IMG/VR virus record: IMGVR_UViG_2706796257_000001 | Coordinates: 94,100-158,099 of that record | Direction: 5' to 3' (one strand) | DNA from: a virus | Lineage: Duplodnaviria; Caudoviricetes | DNA: 64,000 nucleotides | Shown: positions 52,951-63,850 of the stretch, in pieces | Layout of the letters: the number at the start of each line of letters is the position of its first letter | Numbering within the stretch: position 1 is the stretch's first letter | The notes under the pieces: generated by a model | The model's database searches: none | Told to the model about the DNA's origin: nothing | The model's input: the letters and a program-made list of their open reading frames with translations, nothing else | Position numbers and translations under genes: made by a program

Positions 52951-53178
52951 ATGGAATTTAAACAATTTATACGTGAAGCAAGCATCGGTTCATTTATGAA
53001 TAAAATCGCTCAATGCCAAACATTAGCTGGATTAGATGAACTAGAAGCTTATTACAAGAAAAGAATTAAAACAACTGAAATCAATGACACTGATGATATC
53101 TCTATTCGAGACGCTTTGGCGGGAAAAAGAATGGATTTTGAATCAGATGATGAGTCTGAAGTTGAAGAAGATTTCTAA
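52951..53178 (+). CDS. uvsW.1: UvsW.1
   Basis: CQTLAGLDELEAYY..DDISIRDAL. Confidence 0.92.
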   Translation: MEFKQFIREASIGSFMNKIAQCQTLAGLDELEAYYKKRIKTTEINDTDDISIRDALAGKRMDFESDDESEVEEDF

Positions 53179-53180
53179 TA

Positions 53181-53214
53181 CAAAAAAGCCCCAACCGCGA
53201 GGAAGGGGCAAAAC
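53181..53214. terminator. terminator between convergent genes
   Basis: AAAAAAGCCCC..GGGGCAAAA. Confidence 0.7.
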
Positions 53215-53239
53215 CAACAAGTTGGCTATCAACACTAGA

Positions 53240-53404
53240 CTAAATTAGCAATTGAGTTTCGTTTAAATGCTCTTCTGTATTTTCAGATACCGGCAATTCA
53301 ACGACATAATTATAACACGGCCCAGGATGAACAGGAACTTTATCTGTGTGAACAACCAATGCCGAATCGATCGGTTGCTTACAAACAGCGCAGATTTCAG
53401 ACAT
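53240..53404 (-). CDS. uvsY.-2: UvsY.-2 small Cys/His protein (below ORF-track cutoff)
   Basis: MSEICAVCKQPIDSALVVHTDKVPVHPGPCYNY..LNETQLLI; late promoter at 53434-53441. Confidence 0.85.
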   Translation of the reverse strand: MSEICAVCKQPIDSALVVHTDKVPVHPGPCYNYVVELPVSENTEEHLNETQLLI

Positions 53405-53444
53405 TGTTTGTCTCCTTTAGTTAATTACATATCTATTTATACAG

Positions 53445-53858
53445 TTATTTACCCGCCTCAAACTGTCTCATCTCAATAACATGCTTAATTCCAAAACCTC
53501 TGGATTTAATAGCATCCATTGCTCCTGAGCAAAATTCAAGCAAAATTCCCCAGTATTGCAAACTAGTGTCAATTTTAAGAACTTCAGAATCAGCCCCCAA
53601 AACTGTTTTCATTTCAGACTTTTCGTAACGGTCCATGCTAAAATCATCTCCATCACCACGTCCCGTGTAGTAGTCCAATTTCTTTTTAAGAGCTGATTTT
53701 TTCTGTGCTTCAATACGAAGCATTTCTTTACGAATTGATGAATGCTTATTTAACCATTTTCCATACAAAACTGGATTATTAGCAGCTTCGTACTGTAATT
53801 TAGTTGAGTCTAAGATTAAATCTTGTTTCAACTCTTCTTGTAAATCCTCGAGTTTCAA
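53445..53858 (-). CDS. uvsY: recombination mediator UvsY
   Basis: KLQYEAANNP..LDYYTGRG..SRGFGIK. Confidence 0.96.
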   Translation of the reverse strand: MKLEDLQEELKQDLILDSTKLQYEAANNPVLYGKWLNKHSSIRKEMLRIEAQKKSALKKKLDYYTGRGDGDDFSMDRYEKSEMKTVLGADSEVLKIDTSLQYWGILLEFCSGAMDAIKSRGFGIKHVIEMRQFEAGK

Positions 53859-53949
53859 TTCATTACCTCTTTCTTGTTCATTTGTAATCTTGTTGTTATT
53901 GATTGAAAGGAACTAAGACCATTATAACCATTAATCACTAAAAGCGTAT
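53859..53949 (-). promoter_or_regulatory. uvsY middle promoter, probable ori(uvsY) equivalent
   Basis: ATACGCTTTT..GGTTATAAT followed by an A-rich leader; T4 ori(uvsY) has this layout. Confidence 0.55.
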
Positions 53950-54344
53950 CATCTATTACTCGAAGCAAGTTGTAGTTTAATCTGCTCGATATCATCCGGA
54001 TTATCAACAACACTGAATTGAACTTCCACTATAAGCGTATAATCATCATAAACTGGAGTGACATTAACTGCTAAATATCTAACCCTCGGCTCGTATGCTC
54101 GTATAGAAGATTCTATATTTCGTTGAACGGTGTCAGCAGTCAATGGCGTCATATTTTCAAATAATTGGTCCGTAAGCGAGCAACCAAAATTTGGGTCAAA
54201 AGGCCTGCTTCCTTTTCTAGTTGTTATAATACCTAAAAGAGAGTTTTTAATTGCCCGAAGCCCGCGTGAGCGCGCTACGTCTTTATCCCAGTCCATTTTA
54301 AATTCTGGGTCAATATCTGAATACAAATTTTTTATATCAGCCAT
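53949..54344 (-). CDS. 25: baseplate wedge gp25
   Basis: LYSDID..TRKGSRPFDPNFGC..YEPRV. Confidence 0.96.
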   Translation of the reverse strand: MADIKNLYSDIDPEFKMDWDKDVARSRGLRAIKNSLLGIITTRKGSRPFDPNFGCSLTDQLFENMTPLTADTVQRNIESSIRAYEPRVRYLAVNVTPVYDDYTLIVEVQFSVVDNPDDIEQIKLQLASSNR

Positions 54345-54973
54345 TAGATTAACTTAAAGAATTCTTTAAGCCCCTTTATGATATGAACATGATTTTCTCC
54401 GCATTCACTACATTTAACCGGAACTGCGAGTTGTACTGTGGGTTTTAGCAGGAGATTTTTAATATTAATGATATCGTCTTCTGTTATAGCAGAATATAAA
54501 TCTTCTATTTCTCTGCTGTTTAAATCTTCAATACCGATAGTTTCGCCGTTAACGTGAATGGTTTGAATACACGACGATATCATAGAAGCAATGTTCTCAT
54601 CCTCGAAAAGATTTGGATATCTGAGTTTTATTTTAAAATGTCTCAGGTTATACCAGAGCTCCTCTGGTTCATCGATTTGGGCGAATGTAAAGTTAATCGG
54701 CACTTGTGTTTCATGTCCGCAGGAACACACCCATGTATTCTGGTGATTAACCTCACCTAAACTGTGAGACCACAAATTTACTAACAATAATTCAGATTCT
54801 TGCTTGTTCAAATTTTTAGCATTTGTACAGTTTTTAATCAAATCCAACACAGATTGTTTTATGCTGCCTTGTTGTTTGGATACAATTAAATTTTTATATT
54901 CTTCTAGTGTAAAAGCCCTACACTCGATGGTCTTTTCACCGATTAGGACTTCAAAATTATAGTCATAGTTCAT
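54344..54973 (-). CDS. 26: hub assembly gp26
   Basis: RAFTLEEY, CSCG, IKGLKEFF. Confidence 0.92.
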   Translation of the reverse strand: MNYDYNFEVLIGEKTIECRAFTLEEYKNLIVSKQQGSIKQSVLDLIKNCTNAKNLNKQESELLLVNLWSHSLGEVNHQNTWVCSCGHETQVPINFTFAQIDEPEELWYNLRHFKIKLRYPNLFEDENIASMISSCIQTIHVNGETIGIEDLNSREIEDLYSAITEDDIINIKNLLLKPTVQLAVPVKCSECGENHVHIIKGLKEFFKLI

Positions 54974-54994
54974 GATTTACTCCTCTTATTACTT

Positions 54995-55006
54995 TATTTA
55001 TAAATA
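54995..55006. promoter_or_regulatory. overlapping divergent late promoters (26/51)
   Basis: TATTTATAAATA. Confidence 0.8.
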
Positions 55007-55024
55007 TTAATAAAGGAGACCACA

Positions 55025-55777
55025 ATGGCTAATATCATACGATGTGTGCTTCCTGATGGTGTTCACCGTTTCAAACCGTTTACAGTCGCAGATTATCGAG
55101 ATTTTCTGCTTGTTAGAAACGATTTACTGAACAAGTCATCGGACGAGCAGACTAATATACTAAATGAACTTTTAAATGATTATTTCCCCGAATTTCCCGA
55201 AACTTGGAGACCTCATATTTTTCTTAAAGTTTTTACCGGGTCAATAGGAAAAACAAAAATACCAATTGCGTTTTCATGCCCGGTTTGCGAAAAGAAGAAA
55301 CAAACATTATTTGATTTGCATTTGAATGATTTAAAATCTCCAGAAGTAGAAGTTGCTGGTATTAAAATTTATTTTAATTTTCCTAATAAATTTTATGAAG
55401 ATAAAGCCCAACAAATTAATGATAATATAAAGTCTGTTTTATATAACGGAACAGAAATTTTATGGGAAGATTTATCAGAAGACGATAAGTTACAAGTTAT
55501 CGACGCTATAGATATTGACACATTAGAAAAAATAATAAGTCAAATGACACCAATGAGTTTAACTCTTAAAATGAAATGCTGTAAAACTACCACTATAAAA
55601 TATGAAGATTTTTTAAATATATTTTGTCTTCTATTAAATCCAGATGAAGTTTTTAGTTTTTATCAGATTAACCATATGCTGGTAAAGAACCAATACGATA
55701 TGAACAGCATAATGAATATGATACCCGTAGAACGAAGCATAGCTCTTTCGTTGGTGGAGAAGGATAATAGCAAATGA
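55025..55777 (+). CDS. 51: hub assembly gp51
   Basis: [16 protein letters not shown]. Confidence 0.93.
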   Translation: MANIIRCVLPDGVHRFKPFTVADYRDFLLVRNDLLNKSSDEQTNILNELLNDYFPEFPETWRPHIFLKVFTGSIGKTKIPIAFSCPVCEKKKQTLFDLHLNDLKSPEVEVAGIKIYFNFPNKFYEDKAQQINDNIKSVLYNGTEILWEDLSEDDKLQVIDAIDIDTLEKIISQMTPMSLTLKMKCCKTTTIKYEDFLNIFCLLLNPDEVFSFYQINHMLVKNQYDMNSIMNMIPVERSIALSLVEKDNSK

Positions 55778-56916
55778 TAACACAAATTCCAGGTTTTCCC
55801 AATTTAAGTATAAAACTTTATCAAGATTATGATTCTTGGCAAACCAACCGATACGTCGAGCTTGCTGCTACCGTAATAACTTTAACAATGCGCGACGGCC
55901 TATACGGTAGAAATGAAGGTGTATTGCAATTCTTCGATTCAAAGAATTTACACACTTTAATGGACGGCAGACAAATAATACAAATATCCGTAGCTAATTC
56001 AAATACAAAGAAAGTGCAAAACAGAATTTATGGATGTAAACACTATAGCGTATCTGTTGATTCCAAAGGAGATAATATTTTAGCTATAAATTTAGGACTG
56101 ATACATGAAATAGAAGACCTAAAATTTAGCAGATGCTTTTTTAGTGATGCTGGTGAATCACTTAAAGAAATGATCGGTGTCATATATGAAGATAAACCTT
56201 TAATAGCTCCTGCTATCAACACAATCAACACATACGTTCCTCGGGTTCCGTGGACTAGCAATATAACAACTTATAAGCAATACGTCCGAGATATAGGTTT
56301 AGCTGTAGATAATGACCAATTTGTTTTTGTATGGGAAGACATTTATGGTTTAAACATGATGGACTATAACACTATGGTAAATCAAGAGACCACAAAAGTT
56401 GTAGTTGGTGAACCTAGGACAATAGGACAATTTGTTAATGAGCTTGAGTATAATTTAGCTTATGATTTTGAGTGGCTAACTAAAGCCAACTCTCATGTAC
56501 GAGACCCTATTTTTAACGCTACTATATATTCACACTCATTTATGGATAATGAAATTCCAAGAATAGTAACTGGAGATGGTAGCAATAGTATTTTTGTTTC
56601 TAGGTCTGGTGCGTATTCGGAGATGACATACAGGAACGGATATGAAGAAGCAGTTCGTATCCAAACTATGGCGCAATATGATGGTTATGCTACCTGTAAA
56701 ATGGTTGGAGATTTTGAAATGACTCCAGGCGATAAAATAAATTTCTTCGATACAAAGAGACAGTTCAGAGCTGATTTTTATATCGATGAAGTCATTCATG
56801 AAGTTTCCAATAATCAAAGTATAACTACGCTGTATATGTTTACTAATTCTCGTAGAATAGAGAATGTTGAACCAATTAAGGTGAAAAATGAACTTAAACC
56901 TGATACTTCCAATTAA
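55774..56916 (+). CDS. 27: baseplate hub gp27
   Basis: [27 protein letters not shown]. Confidence 0.95.
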   Translation: MITQIPGFPNLSIKLYQDYDSWQTNRYVELAATVITLTMRDGLYGRNEGVLQFFDSKNLHTLMDGRQIIQISVANSNTKKVQNRIYGCKHYSVSVDSKGDNILAINLGLIHEIEDLKFSRCFFSDAGESLKEMIGVIYEDKPLIAPAINTINTYVPRVPWTSNITTYKQYVRDIGLAVDNDQFVFVWEDIYGLNMMDYNTMVNQETTKVVVGEPRTIGQFVNELEYNLAYDFEWLTKANSHVRDPIFNATIYSHSFMDNEIPRIVTGDGSNSIFVSRSGAYSEMTYRNGYEEAVRIQTMAQYDGYATCKMVGDFEMTPGDKINFFDTKRQFRADFYIDEVIHEVSNNQSITTLYMFTNSRRIENVEPIKVKNELKPDTSN

Positions 56917-57415
56917 GAAAATAAAATGCAATAATAAAGAAATATCTATTCCTAAGCTCGGTTTAAAACATCATCATTTAATAAAAGAAGTGAGAGACCT
57001 ATCAGAAAATATGGGGATTTTGTTGGATTCAATCCACCCAGGCCTCACCGCAGCAGAATCCGACTTAGTGTGTCTTCATTTATTAGAATTCAACGGTAAA
57101 TTAAAGTCTACCGTAATGAAAGATGGTTTTACTTACAATATAAATGACATTTATATATGCCAACGGTTAGAATTTCAATATCAAGGAATTACATTTTATT
57201 TTCGTTCTCCTGATAGGTACGAAGTTTTTACCACAGTAGATAAAATGCTGTCTTCTTGTTTTATTAAAACTAATTTATCCGACGAGGCACCTGATTTCCT
57301 TAGAATGCCAGCATTTGTTTCAAAATGGGCAGATGATATAACAAACATGATAGCAATTCCTGGTCCACATGAACCTATCAAAGGAACCTCTAAAATATTA
57401 GGGCTATTTGAATGA
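56888..57415 (+). CDS. 28: baseplate hub gp28
   Basis: [21 protein letters not shown]. Confidence 0.92.
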   Translation: MNLNLILPIKKIKCNNKEISIPKLGLKHHHLIKEVRDLSENMGILLDSIHPGLTAAESDLVCLHLLEFNGKLKSTVMKDGFTYNINDIYICQRLEFQYQGITFYFRSPDRYEVFTTVDKMLSSCFIKTNLSDEAPDFLRMPAFVSKWADDITNMIAIPGPHEPIKGTSKILGLFE

Positions 57416-59145
57416 AAACCGAAAACATGACATCCTTTAGACGCCGCAAAGTTATTGCTGATTCTAAAGGAGAAAGAGATGCAGCTGCGGCTGCATCAAA
57501 TCAAGTTGAATCATTAGATTCCATAGGGTACAAATTAGACTCAGTTCAATCTGCTACGGAGCTTACATCTGAAGTAATTGAACAGAAATCCAATGATATT
57601 ATATCCGCTGTGAATGACACTACAGCTGGTGTTGAATTAACAGCCGAATTTGCTGAGAATACTTCAAAGACGGTAAGAGAATTAACTGACGTAACATCTG
57701 CGATAAGCGACAAAATATCTAAATTGACAGATATGCTTGAGCAGAAAATACAGGCAGTTCAACAAAAATTTGTTGATAGCTCAAAGGTTACCGATGATAC
57801 TCTTAAAGTCATCGGAGACAGCATTCCTGAGCCTGTTGAAAGTAATTTACCCGCAATCCCGGAAAAAATATTCGATAAACCTGAAGAAAATAATTCTCCA
57901 GATGCTGATTTCTTTCCAACTTTACCAAGTAAAGCCGAAGAAGTTGATAATAAAAAAGACTCCGATAAAAAAATTCTTGACACTGAAAATTTGTTAAAAG
58001 ATTTGGTCGGGACTACAAAGACTGGGTTCAAAGCAACAGTTTCAATAACAGATAAGATATCAAATATGTTATTCAAATATACTGTGTCCGCTTTAGCTGA
58101 ATCGGCAAAATTAGCTGGAACTATTTTTGCTATTGTACTTGGTATAGATTTGCTTAGAGCTCATTTTAAATATTGGAGCGATAAATTCAGCAGTAACTTT
58201 GATGAATTCAGTCAATCCGCAGGAGAATGGGGTAGTTTATTGCAATCTGTTCTGGGTTCTTTACAAGAAATTAAAAAATTCTGGGAAAATAATGACTGGT
58301 CCGGGTTAGCTGTGGCAATAGTTAAAGGTCTTGCTGATGTTCTTTATAATTTAAGCGAATTAATGTCTTTAGGCATTTCAAAAATATCCGCTGCTATTTT
58401 AAGCGCTCTTGGATTCGATAATGCTGCTCTATCAATTAAAGGTGCTGCTCTTGAAGGATTTCAAGCAAGAACAGGAAACGAGCTAAATGAAGAAGACCAA
58501 GATACATTAGCTCGTTATCAAACTCGCCGAATTCAAGAAGGGCCGGATGCTTTTGATAAATTTTCCGAATATAAGACTAGAGCTTTTGATTTTATAACAG
58601 GACGAGATAATAAAAACACCACAACAACGGAACAAGAACGGGAAGCTGAAGTTAAGAAGTTAAAATCTCTTCCAGAAGAAGAATTAAACGAGATTAATAA
58701 AAAGAGCAATAATGCTAGAGCCGCCTTAGTTAGATTTGAAAAATACATGGGTGATGTTGACCCTGAAAATGCGACTAATATTGAATCTCTGGATAAAGCT
58801 TACAATAATGTTAAATCTCTTGTTAATGATTCTGAACTGAATAAAGCCCCAGCTATTAAAAAGGAATTAGAAGTACGTTTACAAAAAGCTGAAGCTAGAT
58901 ATCAGAAAATTAAAACTGAGTCTAAGCCTGAACCTGCTGCCCCATCAGCCTCTGAAGACGTGCAGAAAGTTCAAAACATCGAAAAGGCAGAGCAAGCTAA
59001 AAAATCAGATGCCAATCAGAGCAGTTCATCTAGCGTTGTTAATGCCCAAGTTAATAACGTAAATAATAGTAGAACAATTCAAACTATTAATCCTGTTACT
59101 GCTACACCTGCTCCAGGTGTATTTAAAGCAACGGGCGTAAACTAA
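57412..59145 (+). CDS. 29: tape measure gp29
   Basis: DKISNMLFKYT, TATPAPGVFKATGVN. Confidence 0.93.
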   Translation: MKTENMTSFRRRKVIADSKGERDAAAAASNQVESLDSIGYKLDSVQSATELTSEVIEQKSNDIISAVNDTTAGVELTAEFAENTSKTVRELTDVTSAISDKISKLTDMLEQKIQAVQQKFVDSSKVTDDTLKVIGDSIPEPVESNLPAIPEKIFDKPEENNSPDADFFPTLPSKAEEVDNKKDSDKKILDTENLLKDLVGTTKTGFKATVSITDKISNMLFKYTVSALAESAKLAGTIFAIVLGIDLLRAHFKYWSDKFSSNFDEFSQSAGEWGSLLQSVLGSLQEIKKFWENNDWSGLAVAIVKGLADVLYNLSELMSLGISKISAAILSALGFDNAALSIKGAALEGFQARTGNELNEEDQDTLARYQTRRIQEGPDAFDKFSEYKTRAFDFITGRDNKNTTTTEQEREAEVKKLKSLPEEELNEINKKSNNARAALVRFEKYMGDVDPENATNIESLDKAYNNVKSLVNDSELNKAPAIKKELEVRLQKAEARYQKIKTESKPEPAAPSASEDVQKVQNIEKAEQAKKSDANQSSSSSVVNAQVNNVNNSRTIQTINPVTATPAPGVFKATGVN

Positions 59146-59154
59146 GGAAAAATT

Positions 59155-60207
59155 ATGATTGTTAAAGAGCTTAAAGATACGGCTAAAGAACTATGGAATA
59201 AAGGCGAAAAAATTTCTGCTGGTCAAAGTTCTCAATCATCTAAAATTAAAAGTACTGTAACTGTGCAATACCCGTCTGAGCGTTCAGCTGGTAACGATGT
59301 TACAGGCAACTTGAGAGTTCACGATTTATATAAAAACGGTCTTTTATTTACCGCATACGATATGAATTCTAGAACCTCTGGTGATATGAGAAACATGCGT
59401 CTGGGAGAACTCAGACGTACTTCACAAGATATAGTCAAATCCGTGACCGGTAAAAATACTAAACAGGTTGATAAAATACCTGTTGCTAATATTCTTTTGC
59501 CTAGGTCTAAATCTGACGTTGATTCGACTTCGCATAAATTTAATGACGTTGCTGATTCTTTAATTTCAAGAGGCGGGGGAACTGCTACGGGAGTTTTAAG
59601 TAATGTTGCGTCAACTGCTGTATTTGGTGCGTTGGAGTCTGTAACTCAAGGACTAATGGCTGATAATAATGAGCAGATATACAATACGGCTAGAAGCATG
59701 TATGCTGGCGCTGATAACCGCACAAAAGTATTCACTTGGGACTTAACTCCGCGTTCTGTTCATGACCTTATAGCTATTGTTGAAATATACGAATATTTTA
59801 ATTATTATTCTTATGGTGAAACTGGTAATTCAACTTTTGCAAAAGAAGTTAAATCTACTTTAGATGAATGGTATAAATCCACTTTTTTAGATACTTTAAC
59901 ACCTACCGGTGCTCCTCAAAACGATACGGTGTTTGAGAAAATAACTTCATTTTTAAGTAACGTTATTGTTGTAAGTAACCCTACCGTGTGGTATGTAAGA
60001 AACTTTGGTAATACTTCTAAATTTGATGGTAAAACTGATATTTTTGGACCGTGCCAGATACAAAGCATACGATTTGATAAAACTCCTAACGGAATTTTCA
60101 ATGGACTGGCTGTTGCACCAAACTTACCGAGTACTTTCACTTTAGAAATAACAATGCGTGAAATACTTACACTCAACAGGTCGTCAATATATTCGGAAGG
60201 TTTTTAA
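59155..60207 (+). CDS. 48: tail tube initiator gp48
   Basis: QYPSERSAGND, FGPCQIQSIRFDKTP. Confidence 0.95.
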   Translation: MIVKELKDTAKELWNKGEKISAGQSSQSSKIKSTVTVQYPSERSAGNDVTGNLRVHDLYKNGLLFTAYDMNSRTSGDMRNMRLGELRRTSQDIVKSVTGKNTKQVDKIPVANILLPRSKSDVDSTSHKFNDVADSLISRGGGTATGVLSNVASTAVFGALESVTQGLMADNNEQIYNTARSMYAGADNRTKVFTWDLTPRSVHDLIAIVEIYEYFNYYSYGETGNSTFAKEVKSTLDEWYKSTFLDTLTPTGAPQNDTVFEKITSFLSNVIVVSNPTVWYVRNFGNTSKFDGKTDIFGPCQIQSIRFDKTPNGIFNGLAVAPNLPSTFTLEITMREILTLNRSSIYSEGF

Positions 60208-61124
60208 TGTATACTTTAGATGAATTTAAAAATCAGGCAGCTAATATAGACTTCCAAAGAACAAATATGTTTAGCTGCGTCTTTGCGACTACTCCTTCTG
60301 CGAAATCCCAGCAGTTATTGGACCAATTTGGAGGGATGCTATTTAATAATCTTCCACTGAATAATGACTGGCTTGGGTTAACGCAAGGAGAATTTACTCA
60401 GGGCTTAACAAATATAATAACTTCTGGTACAAGAGATTTAACTAGAAAATCTGGCGTATCTAAGTATCTTATTGGAGCCATGAGTAACCGAGTCGTTCAA
60501 TCTTTATTAGGCGAATTTGAAGTAGGAACATACCTGATTGATTTTTTCAATATGGTTTATCCTCAATCGGGCTTAATGATTTATTCTGTTAAAATACCAG
60601 AGAATAGATTGTCACATGAAATGGACTTCATGCACAATTCTCCTAATATAAAAATAACTGGCAGAGATTTAGAACCGTTAACAGTGTCATTCAGAATGGA
60701 CCCAGAAGCTTCAAATTATAGGGCTATGCAGGATTGGGTTAATGCTGTTCAAGACCCGGTAACAGGGCTTAGAGCACTTCCAACTGATGTTGAAGCTGAT
60801 ATACAAGTCAATTTACATGCTCGTAATGGAATACCTCACACTGTTATTATGTTCACTGGGTGCATACCAATTAGTTGTGGAGCCCCTGAATTGACATATG
60901 AGGGAGATAACCAGATTGCTGTTTTTGATGTAACATTTGCTTATAGAGTGATGCAGGCGGGTGCCGTTGGACGTCAGGCAGCGATAGATTGGTTAGAAGA
61001 TAAAACTGTCGATTCAATAGATAAGATAAATCCCGATTTATCTCTAAATGGAAGTTTAAGCAGACTTTCGAGATTAGGAGGAGCTGGCGGGGGTATTTCT
61101 AATATTGTAAATAGAGTATTCTAA
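60207..61124 (+). CDS. 54: tail tube initiator gp54
   Basis: DFQRTNMFSCVFATTP. Confidence 0.95.
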   Translation: MYTLDEFKNQAANIDFQRTNMFSCVFATTPSAKSQQLLDQFGGMLFNNLPLNNDWLGLTQGEFTQGLTNIITSGTRDLTRKSGVSKYLIGAMSNRVVQSLLGEFEVGTYLIDFFNMVYPQSGLMIYSVKIPENRLSHEMDFMHNSPNIKITGRDLEPLTVSFRMDPEASNYRAMQDWVNAVQDPVTGLRALPTDVEADIQVNLHARNGIPHTVIMFTGCIPISCGAPELTYEGDNQIAVFDVTFAYRVMQAGAVGRQAAIDWLEDKTVDSIDKINPDLSLNGSLSRLSRLGGAGGGISNIVNRVF

Positions 61125-61127
61125 AAT

Positions 61128-61154
61128 AAAAGGGGACCGCGTTGGTCCCCTTTT
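61128..61154. terminator. bidirectional terminator
   Basis: AAAAGGGGACC-GCGTT-GGTCCCCTTTT. Confidence 0.85.
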
Positions 61155-61157
61155 AAG

Positions 61158-61448
61158 TTAACGAAATACAACAAATCCTACTACATTAGATATTTGATTG
61201 TCCTCAGCGATAATACTAATTGCACATGGAACTTCACCAACTAAATTACCCGACAATACGCCAGAAATATAGTTATCAGCTTGTCCTTCTTTTACCCCAA
61301 ATCTCGGTAAAGGGTGTAATTGAAAATTTTTGTCAGTTCCATACAATTCTTGAAGCAGTTCATATGCTGCTTCATTAAATTCACGCGAATCCGGTTTAAC
61401 GTTTTCAATTACAGTTTCAGTGCTTGCAATACGTAAAATAGATTTCAT
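61158..61448 (-). CDS. alt.-3: Alt.-3-like protein
   Basis: MKSILR..VIENV..EF..GVLSGNL..EVP..GFVVFR, synteny. Confidence 0.75.
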   Translation of the reverse strand: MKSILRIASTETVIENVKPDSREFNEAAYELLQELYGTDKNFQLHPLPRFGVKEGQADNYISGVLSGNLVGEVPCAISIIAEDNQISNVVGFVVFR

Positions 61449-61475
61449 AATATGTTCCTCATGTTGATTTAGTAT

Positions 61476-61508
61476 AATTATAACACATCCTTCCATGGAT
61501 GTAAACGG
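61476..61508 (-). promoter_or_regulatory. early promoter (copy of the 7243-7277 cassette)
   Basis: CCGTTTACATCCATGGAAGGATGTGTTATAAT. Confidence 0.85.
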
Positions 61509-63617
61509 TCAATCGACAAAACGATTTGGTGTATCGTCGAGGTCTATAAACGAAGCTAAAAGAGATAAAACACTGGTCTCTTCCGATATTTTCGCAGATT
61601 TGACAAAATTATCAAAATCAATCAATCCAGCTCCCAAACTACCTCGTTCTGTATCATCTGAATACTCTATAACTTCGCCAGTTTCCATTAAATGGTCCCC
61701 GTCATAAACAACAGTACATTCAGAAAGTTGTTCGGATGTCATGATTTCAGCTTGAATGAATTTTTGATTGCTGTATTCCATTCCGTCATTATATGAAGCA
61801 TCTGTGATTTTGTTAATTTGAACCATCGTACCACGAGGTAAAATGATTTCCATTTCACTAGTCATGTTACTTAAATCACCTGGATAAATCACATTAACTT
61901 TATGAGCGCCGTCAATAGCCCAACCAACATTAACTTTAATACGCTCTTGTTTAACTGGGTCCATTTTAGACTCATAATCGTCTAATTTAACGTCTTCAAT
62001 GCCACCGTCAATATTCAATACATTCCTAGTAGCATCAGACGTAAATGCGACACCTTGATTACCTTTCCACCCGCCAAAAATAATCGGAGCTAAAGAAGTT
62101 GATACGTAATTCCTAAAATAGAATACTCTGTTTTTAACCAAAGCTTCGTATATTGGTTTGCGAATTGTTTGAGAACGCCAAATTGTGATTCCTTCTGGTA
62201 GTCTATCGCCTCTTAAAAAAGCTTTATCTAAACTAGAAATCGCCTTTTTGACTTCTTTTTCTGTTAATGTATCATAGTTGTCGATAGTGTATCGACCTAG
62301 TAACATATTATTGATATCAGAATACGCAGAACCAACATATTCTTTTATGCCCTGACGCTCTTCTTTAGTATATTGCTTTGGGGTGCGGTACATAGTAATA
62401 TCACGAATATTACGAGATACTGTTTTAGCATAACCTTGTAATAGCTCTTTTATAAGCTTAACTCTTTGCATGTTCCATGCGCGTTCAGCGTGTTCTTGTT
62501 TTTCTAAAGCAGACATACCATAAGGAGCTGATTTTATTTGAGCCTCAATGAAATTATGCTTATTTTCTTCTAATCTGTCAAGCATAGTCTGCACAAATGC
62601 TTGCATACTTTTAACAGAGGTTAAATTATCATCGCCAATTCGCTTTAAAAGCTCTTTTTGAACATTTTTTTCTTCTCTTTCAAAATCCGTGAATGTCTTA
62701 CCTACAATTTTGGAAACATGATAGACAATTTCACCTGATGCTGTAAGAGCTGATACAGCCTTTGAAGCTTTTGAATTTATAGCGTTTAAAATCTCTTTGG
62801 ATTCTGGAATTATTTTCGCCGTAGCAGGTTTACTGAATTCAGCGGCGGTAGCTTCATAGCGTTCAAAATCTGGACCTTCAAAACGTTCAGTTTCCAAAGA
62901 CTGTGACATCGCGACCTGACGACGAGAAATTTTAGCTCGAGAAATTACGCTTTGAACTGAACGAGTGTCATTTTCCTTTGCAATAGATGCAGCAATTGCC
63001 GTGTTTTTGGAAACTTGATTACCGGTTTTAACATCAACGTAAACTTCACCTACAGCAGTATCAACCTTCTTGAACTCATCTGTTGATATCTCTGGGACCC
63101 CTGGAACGGATGAGAGGTCAATATTTTTACGATGAATAAGAATATATGCGTACTTCTTATCGTAATCCCAGAGTTCTTTGAGTATAACGTATTTACCTCC
63201 AGTACGGCTACGGACTAATCGGTCCATAATAATCTGGATTTGACGAGCTTGACCGCCAATTTTAGATTTAGTGATACGGAACAGCACTGCGTCAATTTTA
63301 TACTGCCGCATAGATGAATAAACAATATTGAATACGGTAGAAATAGTTCCGATTGGGTCTGGACCCAAGTTTTTCATTTTAACCAAAGAACCTTTTTCAC
63401 TCAAAGATAGCATAACTACATGCGCCATCTTATCGCCAGGCTTAATATTTTTATTAGTATCGCCGCCTGACGTATAAGTACACATACGAAAAGCTGGTGT
63501 CGTACCTTGGTCAATTTCGCCAATAGCAAAAATCTGTGGTATTTTCGTTTTTGGATAAAGATTTGTAACAGGAAGGTCCAACTTATCTTCATCAAAAACT
63601 TCATTTAATTCTAACAT
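61509..63617 (-). CDS. alt: Alt virion-packaged RNA polymerase ADP-ribosyltransferase
   Basis: R (IWRS), STS (YVSTSL), ExE (SEMEIILPRG) ART motifs; late promoter 63641-63648. Confidence 0.96.
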   Translation of the reverse strand: MLELNEVFDEDKLDLPVTNLYPKTKIPQIFAIGEIDQGTTPAFRMCTYTSGGDTNKNIKPGDKMAHVVMLSLSEKGSLVKMKNLGPDPIGTISTVFNIVYSSMRQYKIDAVLFRITKSKIGGQARQIQIIMDRLVRSRTGGKYVILKELWDYDKKYAYILIHRKNIDLSSVPGVPEISTDEFKKVDTAVGEVYVDVKTGNQVSKNTAIAASIAKENDTRSVQSVISRAKISRRQVAMSQSLETERFEGPDFERYEATAAEFSKPATAKIIPESKEILNAINSKASKAVSALTASGEIVYHVSKIVGKTFTDFEREEKNVQKELLKRIGDDNLTSVKSMQAFVQTMLDRLEENKHNFIEAQIKSAPYGMSALEKQEHAERAWNMQRVKLIKELLQGYAKTVSRNIRDITMYRTPKQYTKEERQGIKEYVGSAYSDINNMLLGRYTIDNYDTLTEKEVKKAISSLDKAFLRGDRLPEGITIWRSQTIRKPIYEALVKNRVFYFRNYVSTSLAPIIFGGWKGNQGVAFTSDATRNVLNIDGGIEDVKLDDYESKMDPVKQERIKVNVGWAIDGAHKVNVIYPGDLSNMTSEMEIILPRGTMVQINKITDASYNDGMEYSNQKFIQAEIMTSEQLSECTVVYDGDHLMETGEVIEYSDDTERGSLGAGLIDFDNFVKSAKISEETSVLSLLASFIDLDDTPNRFVD

Positions 63618-63652
63618 AAACAGTCCTCTATAGTTTATTATATTTATAGACG

Positions 63653-63672
63653 AAAAAAGCCCCGAAGGGCTT
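63653..63672 (-). terminator. UUCG terminator
   Basis: AAGCCC-TTCG-GGGCTT-TTTT on minus strand. Confidence 0.85.
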
Positions 63673-63850
63673 AATACATTTTTGTTACTTGTCGCCAGAT
63701 TTTAATTCCCGGAGCTTCTTCAAATGATACTACATCTTCAAAATACTTATCGGCTATATCCCAACTATTAAATTCGAGCTGGTTTGTTGTAATAGCTACA
63801 TTACCATTGTCTGATAGAACAGTAACTTCTAATAAAATATCGTAACTCAT
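63671..63850 (-). CDS. alt.1: Alt.1-like small protein (below ORF-track cutoff)
   Basis: Manual translation MSYDILLEVTVLSDNGNVAITTNQLEF..KIWRQVTKMY; position between 30 and alt. Confidence 0.65.
   Translation of the reverse strand: MSYDILLEVTVLSDNGNVAITTNQLEFNSWDIADKYFEDVVSFEEAPGIKIWRQVTKMY

Noticed and set aside
53855-53863. ATG AAT TGA minigene overlapping the uvsY TTG start
   Set aside because: SD spacing fits the TTG, not the ATG; probably incidental
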